A stretch of 64,000 bases of DNA, taken from the sequence record OU509535.1. One strand, given 5' to 3'. A program made the translations under genes and the position numbers. The notes under the pieces were generated by a model. The model was not told the DNA's origin, did not search any database, and saw only the letters and a program-made list of their open reading frames with translations. Below are positions 44,501-54,186 of the stretch, in pieces; position 1 is the first letter of the stretch; every line of letters starts with the position of its first letter.

Positions 44501-44691
44501 TTCTATTTCGAGAAATATGGTTTGGTTAATACAATCGATATTTCTTACTATATTGACATTGTTGATTTTATTTACGCCATCCATGATATATGTATATTTT
44601 GGTGGTAGTGATCCAAATATTGAATTTTCATGCAGAGTATTGGGATTTATTATTTGGTTGACCATTCTTTTATATATAATGAGAAAATAAT

Positions 44692-45521
<830 letters not shown>

Positions 45522-45525
<4 letters not shown>

Positions 45526-45794
45526 AAATTTTAAAACTTCGTGTATCTGATTTTAGTTCAGAAATTTATGTTGGTAACGATTTTAGCCCAGATCCTCTCG
45601 AAATGCTTGAAAAGATTCGCACTGCTGGTGCTATTGGGACTGAAACAGATCGTACAATGCATTTTCTTACTGAATCTAAAGATAAATTCGAAAAAGCACA
45701 AGAAGATGTAAAAAAGCTCTTGACAAAGAATGGTTATGTACTATATAATCCATGTACTGTCCTGATTGATTGTAAGACTGAGAAGAGAAAATAA
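45522..45794 (+). CDS. hypothetical protein
   Basis: coupled ATGA. Confidence 0.7.
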
Positions 45795-45795
45795 T

Positions 45796-46092
45796 ATGTC
45801 AGAATTGCAAGAAAAATATATCTCTCTTAAAAAAGAACTCAACACTACTAAAGAGCAGAAAGAAAAATTACTACCGCGTTATAAAGAACTCAATGAACTA
45901 GATAACAACGGGTATAGTGTTGCACTAAATGACTTAGTAAATAAACGTACCAAAGCAGAAGAACGTGAGTTCAATAACCTAAGCAAAAATATTAGTGCAT
46001 TAAATAGTAAAATCACTGGATTGCAGAAAACGATCATCAAACTCGGTTCTGAAATCCTTGAAGAAATCGCTAAAAAAGCTGAACAAAATTAA
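45796..46092 (+). CDS. coiled-coil hypothetical protein
   Basis: heptad pattern. Confidence 0.7.
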   Translation: MSELQEKYISLKKELNTTKEQKEKLLPRYKELNELDNNGYSVALNDLVNKRTKAEEREFNNLSKNISALNSKITGLQKTIIKLGSEILEEIAKKAEQN

Positions 46093-46191
46093 TTTTTAGT
46101 GATATAATATAAACATCAGTAAAAAGCTGATAAACATGGCGTCTCAATGAAGAGACATTCTATAAAAGAAACAAAAAAGGGTTATACAACA

Positions 46192-46392
46192 ATGGCTAAT
46201 GAAGTAAACAACAACGAACTAATCGATATCACCGATGTTGAACGTACTGAAAACTACATTCAGTTCCAAATCTCTCAAGCAGAATCGATGTTGGAAGAAC
46301 ATCATCGCGTTGGTTCCAGGCCATTTATTTTCCACCACATTGTGACGTGGAAGAAAAATCTTCAATCTGAGCTTGATGCTCTTCGTAAGTAA
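46192..46392 (+). CDS. hypothetical protein
   Basis: ORF followed by a hairpin. Confidence 0.65.
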   Translation: MANEVNNNELIDITDVERTENYIQFQISQAESMLEEHHRVGSRPFIFHHIVTWKKNLQSELDALRK

Positions 46393-46471
46393 TATCAAAT
46401 CCAGCCACTACATATATGTAGTGGCTATTATTTTAAGTACATGTTTAAGTACATTACAAAGGTGAATTATC

Positions 46472-46975
<504 letters not shown>

Positions 46976-47200
46976 CTGGAGTTTATATTGACGGATAAAT
47001 TCGTAAAACTAAATTCATTACTGAATGAAATTAATGCATTGAGTGCAGATATGGATGAAAAACATCGTGAAATTGTTGATGAATTGTGTTCTTCAATTTT
47101 CACAGTCTTCACCGATTCAGTCTATGTTCCAATGCACGAAACTAAAATTGACAACGAATAAAAATACAAAAGGAGACTAATATTATCGTCTCCTTTATTT

Positions 47201-48099
<899 letters not shown>

Positions 48100-48101
48100 A
48101 T

Positions 48102-48311
48102 ATGCATGTAAAAATTAACCCAGAAAAGAACTTTTATAATGAAGTATTCGGTGCTGAAGATTTAGTACGTCATTTTCCTGAATTAGAAACAACTGGCGTC
48201 GAAGTTTATTATGATGGTGACTTGTATCATATCATTAAAGATGGTAAACTTTTAGGTGATTGCTGTTTCTTCAGTTCTGACGAATTTGAACATTTGATGA
48301 TTGTTAAATAA
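48102..48311 (+). CDS. hypothetical protein
   Basis: AGGA RBS. Confidence 0.7.
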   Translation: MHVKINPEKNFYNEVFGAEDLVRHFPELETTGVEVYYDGDLYHIIKDGKLLGDCCFFSSDEFEHLMIVK

Positions 48312-48728
48312 AAAAAAAAGAGATGGATGTATTCAGTACTGAATCAATTGATCGTTGCGTAATCAGATTCAGTTAGCGTAGTATTAGCTGTCACATATAC
48401 TTGTGAGCCGCAACCACTAAGTATTTAAAACCCAACGCGTGGGATGTAAGCATTCTGTACTGAATAGCAGAAGGGCTACAAAAACTTATACTTCAAAAAG
48501 GTTCGGTAAGTATTCGTAATAAACCGTTTAATCGTCTTATCAGTACTATGAACAACCAATATATTTGTGGTGGATATTATTGGACTCAAGTAGATGATGT
48601 TATCTTTGTACGCTTTCTAACCAAAAGGTCAGATAATAAAAATGTAAGAAAATTTCAGTACTGATAGCTGGAACCTTACTATAGTAAAAGACCTGATATG
48701 ACTCGCTTAGGTCTTTAAATTATATAAT

Positions 48729-48804
48729 GCGAGGGACGCTACGCCTTAGTTTAGGGCTAAAATCGTAAGGATTGCGTACTAAACCGCCTTGAGAGTCCCA
48801 AGGC
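48729..48804 (+). ncRNA. candidate pseudoknotted small RNA
   Basis: gggac/gtccc, tacgc/gcgta, gcctt/aaggc, gtttag/ctaaac; GC-rich with no ORF. Confidence 0.45.
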
Positions 48805-48920
48805 AACTTTTAATTTAAATAAATTTGTACAAAACACAAAAAGGTGATATAATGATTCTATCTGAAGAAGATTGGGGTGTTTATCCCAAAGACGAATTTG
48901 ATGGATTTTAATAAAAAATC

Positions 48921-48950
48921 TTGAACAAAAACAAAATAATGTGATATAAT
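48921..48950 (+). promoter_or_regulatory. sigma70-type promoter
   Basis: TTGAAC-18-TATAAT, TGn. Confidence 0.7.
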
Positions 48951-49103
48951 ATTAGTACTGAATGAGGATAGGTGCAGTTGGTGAGATACCGCATGAGAAA
49001 TCATAGACACCGTAGAAAGCGAAGGGCTTGGTGAGCGACGGCAATAGACAAGCATAGTAGAGGCTTGAAGAACTCATTTAGTACATTTTAATTTAAGAAT
49101 TAA

Positions 49104-49191
49104 GGCCGTATGTCCAAATTGGTAAAGGAGACAGACTTAAAATCTGTTGGTGATATTCACCTTCTCGATTCGAGTTCGAGTGCGGCTACCA
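49104..49191 (+). tRNA. tRNA-Leu(UAA)
   Basis: cloverleaf, long variable arm, acaga-CT-TAA-AA-tctgt, encoded CCA. Confidence 0.95.
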
Positions 49192-49220
49192 AATTTATAG
49201 TACTTCATTAGGTAAACAAT

Positions 49221-49544
49221 ATGTGTACTGAAGCAAGAAGATATGTTTATATTTTGGTTCGCAAAGATTTAGAACTAAAGGATATTATTGTTCAAACTGC
49301 TCATGCTTCATATGAAAGTGCAAAAGAATTCAAAAATAATGCTGATAGAACATCTATTATAGTTTTAGAAGTCAAGGACTTATACAAACTAAATGATGCT
49401 AAAAGTTATTTAAATTCTAATGGTATTAATTGGACTGTGTATACTGAAAAATCTTTAGGATTTGGAGAAACTGCTATCAGTACTGAAGCACTCAATAACG
49501 AACAACGAAAAATTATGCGTAAGTTCCAATTATTGAAAATATAA
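49221..49544 (+). CDS. second PTH2-fold protein
   Basis: YILVRKDL..VQTAHA, IIVLEV, TAIST, FQLL. Confidence 0.7.
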   Translation: MCTEARRYVYILVRKDLELKDIIVQTAHASYESAKEFKNNADRTSIIVLEVKDLYKLNDAKSYLNSNGINWTVYTEKSLGFGETAISTEALNNEQRKIMRKFQLLKI

Positions 49545-49557
49545 ATATAATAACAAA

Positions 49558-49633
<76 letters not shown>

Positions 49634-49638
49634 AATTC

Positions 49639-49734
49639 AACAGGTAGTAACGCTCTTAGGTGTACATTAATATAGGAATAAGGGTTAACAGTACTGTACA
49701 CAAACGAGTAACCCCGAAAGACCCGAAACCTGTT
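49639..49734 (+). ncRNA. candidate pseudoknotted RNA
   Basis: aacaggt/acctgtt, gtgtaca/tgtacac, gggtta/taaccc. Confidence 0.5.
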
Positions 49735-49744
49735 AAAGTTTTAC

Positions 49745-49794
49745 GGATGATTATAAATCTGAATTGACAGAAACAGCTAAAACTGTTATTATCC
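49745..49794 (+). ncRNA. 50-nt tRNA-like repeat, copy 1
   Basis: 7-bp closing stem plus two hairpins; covaries with copies 2 and 3. Confidence 0.7.
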
Positions 49795-49802
49795 TATTTT
49801 AT

Positions 49803-49990
49803 TCCACAATCAGACGTATATGGTGTAAGTTACGTCGATGAAATCCAGAACAAGATCTCTGGTACTCTAGGAAGTGGTGAATGTTAACCTAGACGGGTTT
49901 GTTAATTGGACGATAAGCAATTAATACTTGACTAGCAGGTTTAAACTAGAGGTGACTGTCCTTCACTATACTGGAAAACCGGATGGATTT
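49803..49990 (+). ncRNA. candidate multi-hairpin RNA
   Basis: gacgta/tacgtc, ctagg/cctag, ttaattg/caattaa, aaatcca/tggattt; no ORF. Confidence 0.4.
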
Positions 49991-50005
49991 TTAATTAAAA
50001 AAGTG

Positions 50006-50034
50006 TTGAACAAAATGTTCAATAATGATATAAT
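50006..50034 (+). promoter_or_regulatory. promoter with TTGAAC-N5-GTTCAA inverted repeat
   Basis: TTGAAC-17-TATAAT. Confidence 0.8.
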
Positions 50035-50125
50035 AATTATCAATGTAAGGCGTGGAACAATGTTTACAGAAGTTACTTAGTAGCCTGTACGCCCCACGTC
50101 AAGGTAGCCGAAAGGCAAGTTTAAT

Positions 50126-50175
50126 GGGTGGTTATAAATCTGAATTGACAGAGACTATTAAAACAGTCACCATCC
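50126..50175 (+). ncRNA. 50-nt tRNA-like repeat, copy 2
   Basis: gggtggt/accatcc closing stem; same layout as copy 1. Confidence 0.7.
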
Positions 50176-50363
50176 AAATTTTAATTTAATAGTTTAGTAT
50201 GAATAAAAAACAAATACATAAACATTATGATGAAATTGCAGTGAAGGTTTTTCGTGGTGAATTAGGTTATAAACCATCTGTTAAATCTAAATATTCAAAA
50301 TCTTCTTCAATAAAGTTCAATCATAAAATAGAGTTTAAATAATACTGGACAAGAATACATAAA

Positions 50364-50873
50364 ATGAATATCACTAATGTAAAAGATTTTTTAGAATATT
50401 TTATTAAGAATACTCGTGCCCGTGATGAATTAGAAAAAAATGGATTCGTTGATGGTTACGATTGCACTAATTTCTTTTATACTATTGATAAACATGAATA
50501 TTATGTCGATGCAACTTTAAGTGATGATCCATATTATATAAAAGATGGGTATTGCATTGGATTTACGTTCGAAGATAAATCACTAGATGCACCAATAAAC
50601 TTTTATACATTATATTATAATAAAAAAGATAATATTTTGAAATTAGGATTTACTTGGGATGATGAAGAAGATGTTGTATTCAATTGTAATACATGGTTAG
50701 AACATGATTCATTCTTTCAAAGTACATTAATTCATGACTTTATGACAACAGATTTAGAGTACTGGAAAAACTGCATAGAATTACTTAATGTAATTTATAA
50801 TGAACAAGTTAAAAAATTTGACAATAGTTTACACAATGATGACATTTATAATAAAAACTTTATGGGACGATAA
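50364..50873 (+). CDS. FQxS-motif paralog family protein
   Basis: WLEHDSFFQSTLIHDF. Confidence 0.8.
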   Translation: MNITNVKDFLEYFIKNTRARDELEKNGFVDGYDCTNFFYTIDKHEYYVDATLSDDPYYIKDGYCIGFTFEDKSLDAPINFYTLYYNKKDNILKLGFTWDDEEDVVFNCNTWLEHDSFFQSTLIHDFMTTDLEYWKNCIELLNVIYNEQVKKFDNSLHNDDIYNKNFMGR

Positions 50874-50951
50874 TCGTAGGACGGGTCAGCATTTGGTAGT
50901 ATGTTCGGCTGAATAAAGTATAAACGTCATCACCAAATTTAAAAAAAAGTG

Positions 50952-50980
50952 TTGAACAAAATCATCAATACTGATATAAT
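50952..50980 (+). promoter_or_regulatory. sigma70-type promoter
   Basis: TTGAAC-17-TATAAT, TGn. Confidence 0.75.
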
Positions 50981-51007
50981 AAAAGAAATTTTTTAAGGTC
51001 AAATGAT

Positions 51008-51217
51008 ATGTTGACAGATACTAATAAAAAGATGTTTATTCAAATAGGTTTTTTTACTCTTCAAGATATCATTGATAAGGCACATGAAAAATGGCCTAAT
51101 GTAAAACTTGAAGATATTCATATTGAAATAGAATGTATAGAAGAAAATAATACTTCATATCATGGTTTGAAAAACGTAAAAGTTTGCACTGAATATTACG
51201 TATTAAGTATTGAATAA
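51008..51217 (+). CDS. hypothetical protein
   Basis: AAGGT RBS, follows promoter. Confidence 0.65.
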   Translation: MLTDTNKKMFIQIGFFTLQDIIDKAHEKWPNVKLEDIHIEIECIEENNTSYHGLKNVKVCTEYYVLSIE

Positions 51218-51244
51218 TTCAGTACTATATAATTGACTTACTAC

Positions 51245-51318
51245 GTCCCCTTAGTTCAGTTGGATAGAACAACTGCCTTCTAAGCAGTAGGTCACTGGTT
51301 CGAGTCCAGTAGGGGATA
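51245..51318 (+). tRNA. tRNA-Arg(UCU)
   Basis: cloverleaf, actgc-CT-TCT-AA-gcagt; CCA not directly encoded. Confidence 0.93.
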
Positions 51319-51373
51319 TACCATACAATATGGGAATAGTTAGAAGATATTCCCAATTTTAATTTAAAAAGTG

Positions 51374-51402
51374 TTGAACAAAAAGTTCAATAATGATATA
51401 AT
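51374..51402 (+). promoter_or_regulatory. promoter with TTGAAC-N5-GTTCAA inverted repeat
   Basis: TTGAAC-17-TATAAT. Confidence 0.8.
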
Positions 51403-51465
51403 GGTATTATAAAAGGTTGTAATACTTAATATTAACTTTTAAGAAGATAATTAGTATCATACACA

Positions 51466-51557
<92 letters not shown>

Positions 51558-51578
51558 TAAAATTCAATTAAAAAAGTG

Positions 51579-51607
51579 TTGAACAAAAAGTTCAATGCTG
51601 ATATAAT
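51579..51607 (+). promoter_or_regulatory. promoter with TTGAAC-N5-GTTCAA inverted repeat
   Basis: TTGAAC-17-TATAAT. Confidence 0.8.
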
Positions 51608-51615
51608 AAAAGAAT

Positions 51616-51706
<91 letters not shown>

Positions 51707-51714
51707 GATTTTAT

Positions 51715-51764
51715 GGATAGTTATAAAGTTGAATTAACAGCGACACTTAAAATTGTCACTATCC
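51715..51764 (+). ncRNA. 50-nt tRNA-like repeat, copy 3
   Basis: ggatagt/actatcc closing stem; same layout as copies 1 and 2. Confidence 0.7.
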
Positions 51765-51785
51765 AAATTTTAATTTAAATAGTAC

Positions 51786-51814
51786 TTGACAAAAATGTTC
51801 AGTACTTATATAAT
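51786..51814 (+). promoter_or_regulatory. sigma70 promoter for the intron-containing tRNA
   Basis: TTGACA-17-TATAAT with AGTACT at 51781 and 51801. Confidence 0.8.
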
Positions 51815-51829
51815 GTAGAAAAGAACATC

Positions 51830-52130
51830 GGGACTGTAGCTCAGGGGTGAGAGCAACCGACTCATGGTTATCGTGACTTTCACAAGCAATTGTGATTGAA
51901 AAACTGGATGAATTCAGGGAAACCTTAACACGTAATGGTGATGGCAATCCTGAGCCAAGCCCAATAAGCGTATTGGGAAGGTGCAGAGACTAGGTGGTTC
52001 AGCACGATCTTGCTGTGTAATACACCAATAGCGTCCGGCATCCTTATGGGATGATGATATAGTCCGTGCCTTTACGAAAGTATTGGATAAACGAATCGGC
52101 AGGTCGTTGGTTCAAAACCAACCAGTCCCA
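51830..52130 (+). tRNA. tRNA-CAU (probably Ile2, possibly elongator Met) split by a group I intron; exons 51830-51865 and 52094-52130
   Basis: joined exons give a cloverleaf with loop CT-CAT-AA; lacks initiator features. Confidence 0.88.
51866..52093 (+). mobile_element. group I intron (IC3, tRNA-intron type), 228 nt, no internal ORF
   Basis: P AATTCAGGGAAAC, Q AATCCTGAGCC, R GGTGCAGAGACT, S GATATAGTCC; U-G at the 5' splice site (tcat/gtga), P10 ggtt/aatc, terminal G. Confidence 0.92.
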
Positions 52131-52148
52131 CTTATTAAAGAAAATACA

Positions 52149-52574
52149 ATGGAATGGCGTAAATTATATCTAAAGGAATTAGATATCTATATAAATGTAT
52201 CAGATGAAGGTAATCTTCAAACATTCGATAGATATGTAACACAAACATCAATAAAAGGCAATGAATATACTAGACTAGTTGAAGGAAAAGAACTTTGTCC
52301 ATACATTAATGGTAAAGCTGGATATAGTCAAATTGGTATTCATTCTGGTGGTATACAGAAAAAATACTATGTTCATCGTCTTGTGTGGATAGCTTTCAAT
52401 GGTGAAATACCAGAAGGTTATGAAATTGATCATGATGATAATGATAAAAGTAATAATGCATTGAGCAATTTAAATCTTAAAACAAGAAAAGAAAATATGG
52501 ATAAAATGCTCATACATAGACCGTATATAAAAGAAAATTTCATTAAGAACTTTGCTCAAAAGAAAAACAAATAA
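52149..52574 (+). CDS. freestanding HNH homing endonuclease (NUMOD4-like + HNH)
   Basis: VSDEGN, VHRLVWIAFNGEIPEGYEIDHDDNDKSNNALSNL. Confidence 0.92.
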   Translation: MEWRKLYLKELDIYINVSDEGNLQTFDRYVTQTSIKGNEYTRLVEGKELCPYINGKAGYSQIGIHSGGIQKKYYVHRLVWIAFNGEIPEGYEIDHDDNDKSNNALSNLNLKTRKENMDKMLIHRPYIKENFIKNFAQKKNK

Positions 52575-52575
52575 T

Positions 52576-52648
52576 GACTCTGTAGCACAATCGGTGGTGC
52601 GATTGACTGTTAATCAATTGGTTGGGGATTCGAGTTCCTCCAGAGTCG
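52576..52648 (+). tRNA. tRNA-Asn(GUU)
   Basis: cloverleaf, attga-CT-GTT-AA-tcaat; no encoded CCA. Confidence 0.9.
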
Positions 52649-52667
52649 CTTAACAAACCAAAGAATT

Positions 52668-52814
52668 GTACCTAAATAACGAGTATATGGATTCTCTATG
52701 ATTGTCCCTGTATGAGTTAGAGAGATTATTCATAAGAAGTCGAGTGTATAGATTCTCAAAGAAATGATTGTTTATACATGAGTTATCTTAAAACGAATAT
52801 CTCAAGGTACACCA
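52668..52814 (+). ncRNA. candidate ~147-nt ACCA-ended stable RNA
   Basis: gtacct/aggtac closing stem followed by ACCA; no ORF. Confidence 0.4.
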
Positions 52815-52821
52815 AACAATT

Positions 52822-52870
52822 GACTCTGTAGTTCAGTTGGTAGATCTTATATAGTTACCAACCAGAGTCG
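52822..52870 (+). pseudogene. internally deleted tRNA-Asn-like element (mini-tRNA)
   Basis: acceptor gactctg/cagagtc+G identical to tRNA-Asn; no anticodon arm; gttggta/taccaac hairpin. Confidence 0.7.
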
Positions 52871-52878
52871 CTTACAAT

Positions 52879-52943
52879 GGAAGGTGGTAATACATCAGTA
52901 TTACCTTTTAAGACCGAAGATATGAGTATCTTCCCTTCCACCA
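52879..52943 (+). ncRNA. 65-nt three-way-junction RNA ending in ACCA
   Basis: ggaagg/ccttcc+ACCA, ggtaatac/gtattacc, gaagata/tatcttc. Confidence 0.6.
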
Positions 52944-53034
52944 CACATTGTACTCTTCTCCCGTAAGGAGAATGACAAAAAAACTATCCGAAAGATAGAA
53001 AGCCTGAAATAACAGGGTGCAATTAAATTACAAT

Positions 53035-53099
53035 GGGACATGTAGACGATAACACCAATATACTTCCAAAGGGTTGTGAGGTGCGTAATATTCCCACCA
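53035..53099 (+). pseudogene. degenerate tRNA-like element ending in ACCA
   Basis: ggga/tccc+ACCA; internal arms poorly paired. Confidence 0.35.
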
Positions 53100-53101
53100 A
53101 T

Positions 53102-53231
53102 TTTGGACAAATCGTACTGAATTAGTACTGTAATAATAGACACTTATTGCTGTAAACTGGAATGCGGTATACATTCCTTCAGATACAGAGTGTGACAATA
53201 CGATGTTAAAGGTATCCTTTGACTGTCCAAA
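53102..53231 (+). ncRNA. candidate 130-nt multibranch RNA
   Basis: tttggaca/tgtccaaa closing; nested acact/agtgt, ctgta/tacag, ggaatg/cattcc. Confidence 0.5.
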
Positions 53232-53255
53232 TTAATTTAAATGGAGTACTGAATA

Positions 53256-53456
53256 ATGTCCAAATATGTTAATCGTCAAAAACGAAAAGCACGTACTAAG
53301 GACGAAATTCTACAGTTGATACAAAAAAATCAAAAAGATGTAGTTATTGAAGAATATATTTTTCAGTACGGTAATCAACAATCAATGGTACAAGAAAGTA
53401 ATGGTAAGTATCATTCTGAGCATTACGATCTCATTAAACGAATTCTTTTGAAATAA
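53256..53456 (+). CDS. hypothetical protein
   Basis: GGAG RBS. Confidence 0.65.
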   Translation: MSKYVNRQKRKARTKDEILQLIQKNQKDVVIEEYIFQYGNQQSMVQESNGKYHSEHYDLIKRILLK

Positions 53457-53611
53457 ACAATAATACTCATCATCTAATATCAGTACTGATGCGTATCAGC
53501 AGGTGGCTTGATGGGCAGTACTGACAGGATACATCGTTCTCCGGTGGCGGGTTCGGTGGATATACGTAAAGTCGTATTGGGTATACCAAATATAATAATA
53601 AAAATATGTAA

Positions 53612-53687
53612 TAATGTGATAGCTCAAATAGGTAGAGCGGGAGGCCAAAGTGCTGACTGGTTTGTGAGTTCGATTCTCACCCATTAT
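53612..53687 (+). pseudogene. tRNA pseudogene
   Basis: intact D arm (gctc/gagc) and T arm (gtgag-TTCGATT-ctcac); decayed acceptor and anticodon arms. Confidence 0.7.
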
Positions 53688-53752
53688 TAATAAAATTGTA
53701 AGCTACCCTGTTATTTGGGTAGCTTTTTCTTTTTATATAACAAGAGATTATT

Positions 53753-54169
53753 ATGAGTAAATTAACTTTACTGAATATTTTACAAGAATGCTATGAAAAA
53801 CTTGAAAATTCCAATCCAAGTGTCATATTCAACTCATCATTTGATAATTATTCTACTATAAATTATAGAGTAAAAATTTTAGTATATAATCACTTTGATT
53901 TATCATCATTGAATGAATGTAGTAACATTTACTTGCACATTAGTGATTATGATGATGTGGGTGAATATACTATGTCGATTGATATTTACAAAGGATATTT
54001 TTATTATAAAAATAAAAAATTTGACAATTTTGAAAATTTATTCCCATTGACTGAAGATACAATGTTTCAGTACTCAACACTTTATGACACATCATCCTTG
54101 ACAATGGATGAGTTAAATTTTATAATGTCTATTAGTTTGGATATTCCAATTTATGAAGCAGCATTATAA
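53753..54169 (+). CDS. FQxS-motif paralog family protein
   Basis: LTEDTMFQYSTLYDT. Confidence 0.8.
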   Translation: MSKLTLLNILQECYEKLENSNPSVIFNSSFDNYSTINYRVKILVYNHFDLSSLNECSNIYLHISDYDDVGEYTMSIDIYKGYFYYKNKKFDNFENLFPLTEDTMFQYSTLYDTSSLTMDELNFIMSISLDIPIYEAAL

Positions 54170-54186
54170 AATCTAGGAGCATTTTT

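Noticed and set aside
48729-48804. Twister ribozyme (GAGGG and GTCCCAAG resemble twister segments)
   Set aside because: No UAA cleavage loop with a matching P2 could be placed; kept only as an unclassified pseudoknot.
50880-50935. CACCA-ended hairpin resembling a tRNA remnant
   Set aside because: gacg/cgtc and tcagc/gctga pair, but there is no acceptor stem adjacent to the CCA and no T-loop; too weak to call.
53612-53687. Suppressor tRNA or stop-codon reassignment
   Set aside because: The anticodon arm is decayed. Known genes (nrdAB, topo II, dda) are full length under the standard code, and TAG serves as a stop (e.g. 26008-26010).
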